From a bacterium (lineage in GTDB: Bacteria > J088 > JAWLBW01), in contig JAWLHK010000014.1 of NCBI GenBank assembly GCA_041690355.1, forward strand, positions 62,001 through 110,192: a DNA stretch of 48,192 nt, given 5' to 3'. Shown here piece by piece: positions 16,517-25,824 of this stretch (positions are counted from its first letter, which is position 1; each line of letters opens with the position of its first letter). The position numbers and the translations under genes were made by a program. The notes beneath the pieces are model-generated. The model made no database searches. It was given only the letters and a program-made list of their open reading frames with translations, and was not told the origin of the DNA.

Positions 16517-18187
16517 CTACTCGGCGAGCGGATATCCGTCGCCGCGCGGGTCGGCCACCGCAATCCACCCTTCTCCATCGGCCGCGCGCCGGATGGCGTT
16601 CACGTCGCCGTAGCGGCGGCCGCGGGTCATGACCGTGTAGCCGATGCGCTCGAGCAGCTTCGCGGTATCGGTCCCCATCCAGGCCGGCTCGGCCATGACG
16701 GCGTCGGGCACGCCCTGGTAGTGCATGCGCGGAAAGGCGACGGCGCGGTCGAGGCTCCACCCGGCGTCGACCTGGCGCGAGAAGATCTGCCAGACCGTCG
16801 TGGGGATCGTCGAGCCCCCCGGCGTGCCGAGCACCATGACCAGCCGCCCGTCGCGGAAGACGAGCGTGGGGCTCATGGATGAAAGCATGCGCTTGCCCGG
16901 CCCGGGCACGTTGGCCTCCCCCTGCACAAGGCCGTACAGATTCGGCTCTCCCGGGCGCGTGTTGAAATCGTCCATCTCGTTGTTGAGCAGGAACCCGGCC
17001 CCGCGCACGACGTGGCCGTTGCCGAAGGCGCCGTTCAGGGTCGTCGTGAGCGACACCGCATTTCCCTCGCCGTCGACGACCGAGAAGTGGGTCGTCTGCA
17101 TGGACTCGGGGCGCAGGGCCGGCGCCGTGAAGGGGAGCGGCGCGCCGGGGTCGATGCGATCGGCGAGCAGAAGCCCGTACTCCTCGGTGATCAGGTGCCC
17201 GAGCCCCGACAGGTCGACGACGTCGGGGTCGCCCAGAGCCGCCCGGTCGGCAAAGGCGAACCCCCAGGCCTGCATGGTCAGGTGCAGAAAGCGCGCCCCC
17301 CGCGGGTCCAGGGCCTCCATCTCGAACGGCTGCAGAATCTGCGCCGTCTGACAGAGAATGGTGCCCCCCGAGCTCGGCGGCGCCGAGGAAACGAGATCGA
17401 AATCGCGGTACCGGCACCGCACCGGCTCACGCCACTGCGGCGCATAGGCATCCAGATCGGCCGCCGTAATCGGGCCCCCTTCGGTCTGCATGTCGGCCAC
17501 GATCAGCGCCGCCGTCTCGCCGTCGTAGAAGTCACGCGGATCCCCGGTGAGACGCCGCAGGGTGGCGGCCAGGTCGGGTTGCCGCAGCGTTCCCCCCGTG
17601 GCCGGTTCGGGCGTGTAGAAGATCCGCCGGGTCTCGGGATCGGCCGCAAGCCGCCTTTTCATGCCCAGCAGCCGGTCGGTGGCCCTGGCCGTCAGGGGGA
17701 ACCCTTCGCGGGCCAGCCGCTCGGCCGGCGCCACCAGTTCGCGCCAGGAGAGCTTGCCATAGCGCGCGTGCAGAGCGGCCAGGCCGGCCGGGGTGCCCGG
17801 AACGCCGGCCGCCCAGGGGCCCCGCAGCGAGGCGCCGGATGGAAGATTGCGGTAGGTATCGCGCGTGACGGCTGCCGGCGCCGTTTCGCGGGCATCGAGC
17901 ATCCACGTTTCTCCCTTCGCCTCCTGATGGCCGACGGCGAAGAAGCCGCCGCCGAGGTTCCCGGCTTCAGGGTAGACGACGGCGAGCGCGAAACTCACGG
18001 CCACGGCGGCGTCGGCCGCGGTTCCGCCGCGCCGCAGGACGTCCATGCCGACCCGCGTGGCGAGCGGATGGGTCGTCGACACGGCGAAGCGCTCGCCGGC
18101 GGCGGTCGGCGCCCAGGGTTCGTCGGGGTGGAGAAAGAGGAAGAGGAGAAGCGGAAGCGCGATCAGCGCGGCGGCAAGAAACCGCAT
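16517..18187 (-). CDS. ggt: Gamma-glutamyltransferase
   Basis: GGTAADAAVA, NLGGGFF, LDARETAP, VPGTPAGL, autocleavage site Q|TTHFSVVD..GNAVSLTTTLN, LNNEMDDF, PGKRMLSSMSP, GTPGGSTI, DPRGDG. Confidence 0.97.
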   Translation of the reverse strand: MRFLAAALIALPLLLFLFLHPDEPWAPTAAGERFAVSTTHPLATRVGMDVLRRGGTAADAAVAVSFALAVVYPEAGNLGGGFFAVGHQEAKGETWMLDARETAPAAVTRDTYRNLPSGASLRGPWAAGVPGTPAGLAALHARYGKLSWRELVAPAERLAREGFPLTARATDRLLGMKRRLAADPETRRIFYTPEPATGGTLRQPDLAATLRRLTGDPRDFYDGETAALIVADMQTEGGPITAADLDAYAPQWREPVRCRYRDFDLVSSAPPSSGGTILCQTAQILQPFEMEALDPRGARFLHLTMQAWGFAFADRAALGDPDVVDLSGLGHLITEEYGLLLADRIDPGAPLPFTAPALRPESMQTTHFSVVDGEGNAVSLTTTLNGAFGNGHVVRGAGFLLNNEMDDFNTRPGEPNLYGLVQGEANVPGPGKRMLSSMSPTLVFRDGRLVMVLGTPGGSTIPTTVWQIFSRQVDAGWSLDRAVAFPRMHYQGVPDAVMAEPAWMGTDTAKLLERIGYTVMTRGRRYGDVNAIRRAADGEGWIAVADPRGDGYPLAE

Positions 18188-18188
18188 C

Positions 18189-18464
18189 TCAACGCGTGAT
18201 CTCGATTTCTTCGGTGACGACCGCCTTGGGCGATTCGGTCACGACGGTGACGGCGTCGAAAAGCACCCAGTTGCGCAGCTGTTCCTGCGTCGCCCCGATT
18301 TCCTGCGTCGTGATGAACATGAGGAAATCTTCGAAGACTTCCTTGATGGTGCCGTTCGCCTTCGAAAAAGTTCCGCATACGGTCGAAAGCTCAACCTTGC
18401 GGCCGATCAGACGGCGGTAGAGTTCACGGCGATCAAGCGTGGGGCGTGCGGTTTCGGCGGCCAT
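18189..18464 (-). CDS. Small hypothetical protein, probable Sm/LSm-like (YuzF/DUF2642-type) fold
   Basis: LYRRLIGRKVELSTVCG....GTIKEVFEDFLMF...WVLFDAVTVV; packed 3 nt after the permease stop and 1 nt before ggt. Confidence 0.6.
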   Translation of the reverse strand: MAAETARPTLDRRELYRRLIGRKVELSTVCGTFSKANGTIKEVFEDFLMFITTQEIGATQEQLRNWVLFDAVTVVTESPKAVVTEEIEITR

Positions 18465-18467
18465 GGC

Positions 18468-20141
18468 TCAGCTGTATTCCTTCTTACGCAGCGCTCGGAT
18501 ACCGAGGCGAAGGGGTATGATAGCGTGCAGAATGTGAAATGTCAACCAGACTGAAAGCCAGATACCCTGCATGGCAGGCGGACGCGAGAACCGCGGCACG
18601 GCCAGGGGCACCAGAATCCACGCCGTCAGCAGCGCCCCCAGAAACGCATAGAGAATGGCCGTCAGCATGAAGAGGATGCCGCCGAAGCTCATGGGCACCT
18701 GAGCCGGGTTCTCGAACTTGAAGCGCGGGTAGATCGCCCCGAAGCCGATCCCCATGGCCGTGAGGACGAAGGTCGAGACGGCGATGTGCACGACCGAAGC
18801 CGCGATCAGCGTCCACGGCAACAGCAGCCAGTAGGCCGTGAGCCCCGCCAGCACGATCGCCAGCAGCACGAGCGGCGGCGCGGCCAGCCGCAGCTTGATG
18901 CGCAGAAAGCGCCCCGGGTCGACCGGCGCCGTACGCACCAGCCAGAAGGCCCGCCCCTCGGTGCTCACGGCCGGAAATGCAAAGCGCGCCACCAGGGCCG
19001 ACAGCACGAAGCCGGCGAGCATGAGATTCAGCACCCCGAGCAGATGGTTCACGGGCATGCCGGCCAGCTTGACGGTCGCGCCGGGAAAAACGGCGTAGTT
19101 GTAGACGTAGGCGACGATCAGAATGCCGAGCAGCAGCAGCTGCGACCACTGGGCCGGCTCGCGGGCGAAGACGCGCGTGTCCTTGCGCGAGAACGCGCGC
19201 AGGGGGCCGCGACGGCGCGCGGTGAAGAAATCGATGAGCGCGTCGATACGGCGCCCCTGGTTCGTGACGCTCGCCCCCCCTTCCTGGGCCCGCGTGTAGG
19301 CGAGCCGGTAGAGCCGGCCGTGCGCGGCGTAGGTCACCGCCCCCACCGCCCAGAGGGCGCTCCAGAGCAGCGCCAGCGAGAGCCAGGGAATTCGATCGCC
19401 CAGGATCGTGGCCTGCAGAACCTCGGCCGCCCAGGTGCTCGGGAGCCAGCCGTTCTGCGGAATCTCGAAGGCGGTGACGTAATTGGCCACGCTGCCGAAG
19501 ACCTCGGGGCGCACGAGCGTCTCGGGGCGCGCCATGCGAAACAGGAGGAGCAGCAGCGCGGCCCCCAGCACGCCCAGCACGAGAAAGAGCTCCTTCACGC
19601 GCCGGGCCGGAAAGATACAGACGAGCAGCGTAATGACGAGCACCGCCAGCGCCGTCGGCAGCATGACCAGCGGCGGGAGCACGGCGGCCAGCAGGGCGCC
19701 GAACCGCCAGCCGCCCCCCAGCGTATACCCGTAGGCCCCGAGCACCGGCAGACTGAACCCGACGGCCATCCACCCGGCCAGCAGGGCGGTCTGCACCCAG
19801 CGGGCCAGAAAGAAGTCGCGTTCGCGTACTGGGACGGCGCGCACGAGCGACAGGTCGTCGGCCAGGTAAAAGGTGGCCAGGGCGGCCGCGAGCGCGCTCA
19901 TGAGCACGAAGGCGGTCACGCTGAGCAGCGTGAGCTCGAGCAGACGCGAGGCGAGCAGCGCGCCGATGACCTCGACCCCCGAAACGAAGCGGATGCCCCG
20001 CGCCGTGGCCAGGAAAACCAGGGCGAGCACCAGGGCGCCGAAGAGAAGCGCGCCGAGCAGGCGCCCCCAGTAGATCCGTTCCCGGTCGGCCACGAACCGC
20101 CCGGCGGCAATGCGGCCGGGACGAAGGAGCAGTCCGATCAT
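18468..20141 (-). CDS. ABC exporter permease (12+ TM, ABC-2-like)
   Basis: Highly hydrophobic; FYLADDL...PV, KDTRVFAREPAQWSQL, FPAVSTEGRAFW, GAIYPRF..ENPAQV; adjacent to an ABC ATPase. Confidence 0.85.
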   Translation of the reverse strand: MIGLLLRPGRIAAGRFVADRERIYWGRLLGALLFGALVLALVFLATARGIRFVSGVEVIGALLASRLLELTLLSVTAFVLMSALAAALATFYLADDLSLVRAVPVRERDFFLARWVQTALLAGWMAVGFSLPVLGAYGYTLGGGWRFGALLAAVLPPLVMLPTALAVLVITLLVCIFPARRVKELFLVLGVLGAALLLLLFRMARPETLVRPEVFGSVANYVTAFEIPQNGWLPSTWAAEVLQATILGDRIPWLSLALLWSALWAVGAVTYAAHGRLYRLAYTRAQEGGASVTNQGRRIDALIDFFTARRRGPLRAFSRKDTRVFAREPAQWSQLLLLGILIVAYVYNYAVFPGATVKLAGMPVNHLLGVLNLMLAGFVLSALVARFAFPAVSTEGRAFWLVRTAPVDPGRFLRIKLRLAAPPLVLLAIVLAGLTAYWLLLPWTLIAASVVHIAVSTFVLTAMGIGFGAIYPRFKFENPAQVPMSFGGILFMLTAILYAFLGALLTAWILVPLAVPRFSRPPAMQGIWLSVWLTFHILHAIIPLRLGIRALRKKEYS

Positions 20142-20154
20142 GATTCCCCTCCCC

Positions 20155-20946
20155 TTACCGGGCGCCCACGGGGGCGTCGTCGACGTCGGTCAAGGCGAGA
20201 AACACGTCTTCGAGGGCGCCGGTGGCGAGCCCGGCCCGCCCGCGCAGGTCGTCGACGGTCCCTTCGGCCAGAATCCGCCCGCGGTGCAGAATGACGGCCC
20301 GGTCGCAGACCTGCTCGGCCACGCTCAGGCTGTGGGTCGACAGCAGCAGCCCCGCCCCCGTGGCCGCCGCCTCGCGAAACAGGTCCTTCACGAGCTTCGC
20401 CCCGTGCGGGTCGAGGCCGACCATGGGCTCGTCGATGCACAGGAGCGACGGCTTGCGAAACAGGGCGGCGGCCATGACGAGGCGCTGCTTCATGCCGTGG
20501 GAGTACTGTTCGATGCGTTCGTCGAGAAACGCCCCCAGCCCCAGCTTGCCCAGCCAGCGCTCGGCCTCGGTCAGGGCGGCGCCCGGGTCGAGTTCGTACA
20601 GATCGGCGATGAAGGCGAGAAACTCGCGGCCGGTGAGCCGTTCGTAGACGAAGGGACGGTCGGGGATATACCCCATGTTCTGCCGTGCGGCCAGCGGGTC
20701 GGAGAAGACCGAGCGGCCGTCGACCAGGATATCCCCTTCGTCGGCGAGCAGCAGGCCGGCGATCATTTTGAGGGTGGTCGTCTTGCCGGCGCCGTTGGGG
20801 CCCAGAAAGGCGACGGTTTCGCCCGGGGCGACCCGCAGGCTCACGTTCTGGACGGCCGGGTGGCGCCCATAATGCTTCGAAACGTTGCGAATGTCAAGGC
20901 GGGGCACCGTTACGGCGTCCGGGGATGGTGGGGGGGTATTCGGCAT
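20155..20946 (-). CDS. ABC transporter ATP-binding protein
   Basis: GPNGAGKTT, YSHGMKQR signature, IDEPMVGLDP, LSTH. Confidence 0.95.
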   Translation of the reverse strand: MPNTPPPSPDAVTVPRLDIRNVSKHYGRHPAVQNVSLRVAPGETVAFLGPNGAGKTTTLKMIAGLLLADEGDILVDGRSVFSDPLAARQNMGYIPDRPFVYERLTGREFLAFIADLYELDPGAALTEAERWLGKLGLGAFLDERIEQYSHGMKQRLVMAAALFRKPSLLCIDEPMVGLDPHGAKLVKDLFREAAATGAGLLLSTHSLSVAEQVCDRAVILHRGRILAEGTVDDLRGRAGLATGALEDVFLALTDVDDAPVGAR

Positions 20947-20973
20947 GGCGTCAACTCATCGGAGAATGAAAGG

Positions 20974-21750
20974 GTGGCGCTGCGTGTGGGGAGGCTGTTC
21001 GGGCTTCTCCTGCTGTTCGTCCTGAGCGGGCCCCCTCCCGCCCGGGCCGACTGGGTTCGCGATCGCATCGACGACCTGCAGGAGAAGCTGCGAGAGGGGT
21101 TACGGGAACCGACGCCGGACAACGGCGACGCGGCGCCCGCGTTCCCCTTTGCCGGATCGCCGGAAGACCCGCTGGCGGCCTTCCGCCCGCGGCCCGTCCC
21201 GCTCCCCTCGTTTCCCCCCGGCTTCCCCGATCTGCCCCCCGGATTCACGGGCGGCGGCCTCGAGGACAGCTTCGGCCGGTTTCTCCCGACCCGTCTCCCC
21301 CTGCCCCCCGAGTGCATGCTCGATTTCGCCGAGCCTGCCTCGTCGCTCGATCTGCAGGTGCGCCAGGGGGTGGGCCTACAGTATATCTCACCCGTCGCGG
21401 CCAATGCTCCCGATCGGGCCAGCGCGCCGCGCAGCACGTGCACCCGGTGGCGGGCGGCGGCGCGCATCTCGGGGGGCGGGTTCAATCTGCGCCGGATGGG
21501 TGAGAGCCTGCGCCGGCTGCGCTTCGAGGCGGGCTTCGATTATGAGATCAGCCATTGGGGGCTGCTCGACCGCTGGTCGATCACGCCGGGGTTCCGCCTG
21601 AAGACGGGGATCAGCGACATGCCGCTCCTGCTGGCCCTGCTCGAGGCGGCCCCGTCGTCGAACCTGCTCTTCCAGATCGAGACCACGCTCGACACCGCCC
21701 ACCTGGCGGCGGCCCCGGGCGTGCTGGGCAAGGTCACGGTCACCTTTTAG
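20974..21750 (+). CDS. Hypothetical exported protein, possible OM beta-barrel C-terminus
   Basis: 3' part of track ORF 20110-21750: signal peptide RVGRLFGLLLLFVLSGPPPARA, Pro-rich linker, amphipathic strands, terminal KVTVTF. Start GTG 20974 or 20986. Confidence 0.55.
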   Translation: MALRVGRLFGLLLLFVLSGPPPARADWVRDRIDDLQEKLREGLREPTPDNGDAAPAFPFAGSPEDPLAAFRPRPVPLPSFPPGFPDLPPGFTGGGLEDSFGRFLPTRLPLPPECMLDFAEPASSLDLQVRQGVGLQYISPVAANAPDRASAPRSTCTRWRAAARISGGGFNLRRMGESLRRLRFEAGFDYEISHWGLLDRWSITPGFRLKTGISDMPLLLALLEAAPSSNLLFQIETTLDTAHLAAAPGVLGKVTVTF

Positions 21751-21753
21751 CCA

Positions 21754-21980
21754 TTCCTGATTCCTGATTCTTGATTCTTGAGAAGCAAGGGCCCCGGAGA
21801 AAGCGCCAAGCGCCGAGCGCCGAGCGCCAACCAACCAGGACTCCGATACCCAGGGTCTTCCCGCATTGAGCCGACGGTTGGAGGCAGCGCCGGAAACGAC
21901 GGCGTGAATGCGAGCGTTATTCCACGATCAGCACGGAGGGGGCTCCGCAAATCGTCAATCGTAAATCGTCAATCGTAAAT
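21754..21980. repeat. Three different heptamer arrays in one convergent intergenic region
   Basis: 21754-21781 (TTCYTGA)x4; 21801-21828 (RAGCGCC)x4; 21949-21980 (MAATCGT)x4 + AAAT. Confidence 0.9.
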
Positions 21981-21984
21981 TCCC

Positions 21985-23457
21985 CTACTCCGCCTTTTCC
22001 ACCTTGATCTTCAGGCGCCCGATTACCCGCATCAGTTCTGCCTGGCGATCGAGGCCGCCCACCACGAAGCGGATGTGCGTCGCGTCGGCCGGATACTGGC
22101 CGAACACCGGATCGACCGCCTGCCAGCGGCCGTCCAGATGGATCTCCGTCCACGCGTGATAGTAGAAACGTTCGTCGAGGGCCACGACGCCGCTGGCGAT
22201 GCGCGAGGGGATCTGCGACGCGCGCGCGAGCGCCGTGTAGAGAATCGCGTGCTCGTTGCAGTCACCCTGCCGGGTGCGCAGCACCTCGAGGGCCGACGGG
22301 AGGCTCACCGTCGAGGTCTTCTCGAGATTCGCGTAGACCCACCTGAGCAGGCGGCGGCTCGCTTCGGCCTTGTCGGCCAGGCCGCCGGTCGCTTCGCGCA
22401 TGGCGGCGCGAATCTGCGGATCGTCGACCTGCAGCAGCGGTTCGCTCTTCAGCCACGCTTCGGGCGCGATGGAGGCGGGCACCTTCGCGTTGCGGTCGAT
22501 GGTCAGCCGGTTCCCCTCGAGCGTCTGCTCGCCTCCGTCCAGGTCGAAGCCGTCGAGCTCGACCCCCTCGAGCCGCAGCACGACCTTGCGCACCTCGCGG
22601 GGATTCGCAATCGGGTTCTCGACGGGGACGCTGGCCGCGGCAATCAGATCGAGCGACGGGCCGTCGCCGAGCTTCATGGCGTCTTCGCGCGTCGTGCGGA
22701 AGGAGGAGAATCCGGTCGGGCTCTCTTCCCGATAGATCGTGCCGTCGGCGTCGATCCACGTCGTGCTCTCGAGGCCGTTGAAGGTCTGGGCGAGCTTGTA
22801 GACGTCGAGGGTACGCGCGCCGATTTTCCACTCCTCCTTCGCTTCGACCTTCACGGTCATCGTCGAGGGGCGCATGATCGAGGGGTCGAAGAACGAACGG
22901 GTGAACGTCTTGCCGACGGCGAGTCCGCCACGCACGAGGCTGCGCGGCAGGGCACCCGACATGACGATCGGCTCGGGCGTATCGAAGCGCAGGGTCTCGG
23001 TGACGCCGGCGGAGTAGAGCGTGATCGCGAGCGCGCCCTTCTCCTGGCGTCCCTGGACGCGGATCTCGGTCGGCTTCGACTGCATGCGGAACTCGAAGGT
23101 CTTCAGCGTACCCTCGCGGTCGAGCTCGAGACGCTGCCGCGTCTGCACGTCGCGCGCCTGCCCCATCAGGGTCATGCGCAGGGTGACCTCTTCGTCGACC
23201 GTCTCGCCCTCGGGATGGCGCGCCCGGGTCGTATGCGACCAGCCGATGCGCTTCCCCTGGTAGAGAATGGCCATCCAGGCAGAGCCGTCGATGCTCTCGG
23301 CGGCCTCGACCGACGCTGCCGTGAGGGCCGGGCGCGCCGCGGCGTTGCGCTGCGTCAGATAGGTTCCGAACAGAACCAGAAAGACCGCGACGGCGGCCAC
23401 GGGCAGCAGACGGCCGAGCAGCTTACCCTTCGTACCGCCGGAGTTCCCAGGTGTCAT
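21985..23457 (-). CDS. Membrane-anchored transglutaminase-like domain protein
   Basis: N-terminal TM helix; intact catalytic triad motifs GDCNEHA (Cys), FYYHAWTE (His), WQAVDP (Asp). Confidence 0.9.
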   Translation of the reverse strand: MTPGNSGGTKGKLLGRLLPVAAVAVFLVLFGTYLTQRNAAARPALTAASVEAAESIDGSAWMAILYQGKRIGWSHTTRARHPEGETVDEEVTLRMTLMGQARDVQTRQRLELDREGTLKTFEFRMQSKPTEIRVQGRQEKGALAITLYSAGVTETLRFDTPEPIVMSGALPRSLVRGGLAVGKTFTRSFFDPSIMRPSTMTVKVEAKEEWKIGARTLDVYKLAQTFNGLESTTWIDADGTIYREESPTGFSSFRTTREDAMKLGDGPSLDLIAAASVPVENPIANPREVRKVVLRLEGVELDGFDLDGGEQTLEGNRLTIDRNAKVPASIAPEAWLKSEPLLQVDDPQIRAAMREATGGLADKAEASRRLLRWVYANLEKTSTVSLPSALEVLRTRQGDCNEHAILYTALARASQIPSRIASGVVALDERFYYHAWTEIHLDGRWQAVDPVFGQYPADATHIRFVVGGLDRQAELMRVIGRLKIKVEKAE

Positions 23458-24133
23458 GTTCAATCCACAGATAGGTGAAGTTTTCGACCCAGTCGCCCAG
23501 GTTGATGACCCGTACGGGCCCGGCCTCGCCGACGACGGTTTCGTCCATGGGCACGTGCGTGTGTCCGGTGATGAAGACGTCGGTGTCGCGCAGGCCGCGG
23601 GCGAAGGCGCGCAGCTTCTCGGTGATGAGGGGCACGTCGTCGCGCAGCATGCCGCGGCTCTGGTGGCTGAGGCCGAAGGCGAACTTCTGCGCGAGGCCGT
23701 CGGGAATCAGCGCGTTCACGCCGGCCGCGAGCGGGCTGTGCACGCCGAGGTGAAAGAGGCGGTAGAAGAGATCGCCGGTGACCAGATCACCGTGCTCGAT
23801 GCGCGCGCGCAGCCCGTGCAGCTCGAGCTCCCAGACGCCGGTGCGCACGGTGTAGCCGCGGCGGCCGAGGGCGTTGCGCAGGTGAAAATCGTGGTTCCCC
23901 TCGACGAAGACGACCTCGACCCCGGCGTCACGGAAGCGGTCGACCTCGCGCAGCACGGGCTCGTAGATGCGGGCCGCGACGCGGTTGTCGCCGATCCAGG
24001 CGTCGAAGAAGTCGCCATTGACGATCAGCCGCTGCAGGTCGGTCGGGCAGCTGCGCAGGAATTCGACGACGCGCCGGTAGTTGTCATCCGCTGCATCGCG
24101 CAGATGGGCGTCGGAGATCAGGAGGGTTTTCAC
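23423..24133 (-). CDS. lpxH: UDP-2,3-diacylglucosamine diphosphatase (LpxH family metallophosphoesterase)
   Basis: ISDAHL, GDFFDAW, EGNHDF, EHGD, TGHTH, NLGDW. Confidence 0.88.
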   Translation of the reverse strand: MKTLLISDAHLRDAADDNYRRVVEFLRSCPTDLQRLIVNGDFFDAWIGDNRVAARIYEPVLREVDRFRDAGVEVVFVEGNHDFHLRNALGRRGYTVRTGVWELELHGLRARIEHGDLVTGDLFYRLFHLGVHSPLAAGVNALIPDGLAQKFAFGLSHQSRGMLRDDVPLITEKLRAFARGLRDTDVFITGHTHVPMDETVVGEAGPVRVINLGDWVENFTYLWIEHDTWELRRYEG

Positions 24134-24242
24134 GGTTTTCTTAGTGTATCAGAGCCGGCCCCCCTGTTGTCCCCCGTCAGGGGGACCCGAAGCAAGAAGA
24201 AAGAAACGCAGAACGAAAAACGCCTCTGCGCCCCCGGATGCC

Positions 24243-24282
24243 AATAAGAAAGCCGTGGCGATCCGAAGATCTCCACGGCTTT
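24243..24282 (-). terminator. Intrinsic terminator downstream of the peroxidase
   Basis: AAAGCCGTGGCGATC-CGAA-GATCTCCACGGCTTT hairpin with a U-rich tail on the minus strand. Confidence 0.75.
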
Positions 24283-24316
24283 GTGTGCCCTATTGGAGGA
24301 GAAACGTTGAATTCTG

Positions 24317-25429
24317 TTATTGCGCTTTGCCCGTGGCCGCCGCGGCCGCCGCCGGCAGAACCGGAGTCGGCGTTTCGGGCGTGCTCGGGGGCAGCAGCGG
24401 GAGCTCAATCTTCGGCCGGTTGCCCGTCAGCGCGCGCAGAAAGGCGCTGATCTGCATCACCTGCTCCTGCGAAAGCTCCTGGCCAAGCTGGTGCGAGCCC
24501 ATCATGCGCACGGCTTCATCGAGCGACCACGTGCTGGAGTCGTGAAAATACGGCGCCGTCAGCTCGATGTTGCGCAGCCCCATGACCTTGAAGACCATGC
24601 GATCGGGCTCGTCGCCCGTAACGGCGAAGCGGCCCGCATCGTCCTGGTTCGGCCACGGCTTGACGACGCCGAGCTTCTGAAACATCTGGCCCCCCACGGC
24701 CGGGCCGTTGTGGCAGGCCGTGCAGCCGACTTCCATGAACGTCTGCAGACCCTGCGTCTCGAGCTCGGTCAAAGCCGAGTCGTCGCCTTCGAGCCAGCGG
24801 TCGAAGCGGCCCGGCGTGCCCAGCGTGCGCTCGAACGCGGCAATGGCATACGTAATGTTGCGCATGTTGATCGGATCGCCGGCCTTGCCGTACACCGTCT
24901 CGAAGCGGGCGCGGTACTCGGGCATCGACTTGAGCACGGCCATCAGGCGCGCATGGGCGCGGTCGTCGGCCGGCATGGCCATCTCGACCGGGTTCGTGAT
25001 CGGACCCGCGGCCTGATCTTCGAGGGTAATGGCCCGTCCGTCCCAGAACTGAGCGACGTGCAGCCCGGCGTTGTAGACCGTCGGCGAGTTGCGCCCCCCC
25101 TGCAGGGCGCCGTGCCCCAGGGAGCGCGGCAGGTTGTCGGTGCCGCCGGCCGCCAGATTGTGGCAGCTGTTGCAGCTGACCGCCTGGCTCAGCGAAAGGC
25201 GCGGCTCGAAGTAGAGCATCTTGCCCAGCTCGACCTTCTCAGGCGTCGCCGGGTTGTAGGTCGGAGACTCCATCGTCGCGGGCACGACCCCCAGAATCGA
25301 CTTGGCCTGGTCACGCAGCGCAGACGTGGCTTCAGACGAAGACGCCTGCGCGGGCGCCCCGGGGCGCGGTTCGGCACTCGCACAGGCAGCGGCAAGCAGA
25401 ATTCCGGAGAAGAGAACCAGACGACGCAT
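24317..25429 (-). CDS. ccp: Di-heme cytochrome c peroxidase (CCP/MauG family), lipoprotein
   Basis: LGKMLYFEPRLS, CNSCH, RNSPTVYN, QFWDGRA..LEDQA..P..NPVEM, CTACHNG, LRNIELTAPYFHD; start MRRLVLFSGILLAAAC (lipobox). Confidence 0.95.
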   Translation of the reverse strand: MRRLVLFSGILLAAACASAEPRPGAPAQASSSEATSALRDQAKSILGVVPATMESPTYNPATPEKVELGKMLYFEPRLSLSQAVSCNSCHNLAAGGTDNLPRSLGHGALQGGRNSPTVYNAGLHVAQFWDGRAITLEDQAAGPITNPVEMAMPADDRAHARLMAVLKSMPEYRARFETVYGKAGDPINMRNITYAIAAFERTLGTPGRFDRWLEGDDSALTELETQGLQTFMEVGCTACHNGPAVGGQMFQKLGVVKPWPNQDDAGRFAVTGDEPDRMVFKVMGLRNIELTAPYFHDSSTWSLDEAVRMMGSHQLGQELSQEQVMQISAFLRALTGNRPKIELPLLPPSTPETPTPVLPAAAAAATGKAQ

Positions 25430-25478
25430 GGATGCGGACCTCTCGGGTTGAAAATCGGGGTGCGAACGAAAGAATTCC

Positions 25479-25524
25479 AGTGTAGTCCGCGAGCGCGGGG
25501 CCTGCAAGCGTTTTTGTTAACAAA
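25479..25524 (-). promoter_or_regulatory. ccp promoter with an upstream palindrome
   Basis: Minus strand TTGCAG-N17-TACACT (25507-25479); perfect palindrome TTTGTTAACAAA at 25513-25524 within an AT-rich tract. Confidence 0.55.
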
Positions 25525-25824
25525 GCGCAATACAAAAAATTACACACAGAAAAACCAGGAACAAAATCAAGCACATACAGAGCTAACCCTGCGGCAACAA
25601 AATTCGTACGCGACCCTGGACTCGAAATTTCCTTGCGATATTTCGCTCCTCCGGGCGAGGGGCGTCGGGACCGGCCCCGAATGGCTGACGCAACGCGTTG
25701 ATATTCCTCTCCTTTCCGATTGGTTTTTCGGCGTGGGGCCGACTAGAATATAGGTACGCGCGCGAACGGCCCCTCTGCCGTCCGCCGGCTGGGTTTTTCG
25801 TCCCTTCAGGGAGGAGTTTCGGGT

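Noticed and set aside
20110-20973. 5' half of the 546-aa plus-strand ORF
   Set aside because: Antisense to the ABC ATPase; only the part from ~20974 looks like a real gene.
25640-25824. Riboswitch in the leader of the beta-helix lipoprotein
   Set aside because: No recognisable c-di-GMP, cobalamin, TPP or SAM consensus by eye; an Rfam cmscan would be decisive.
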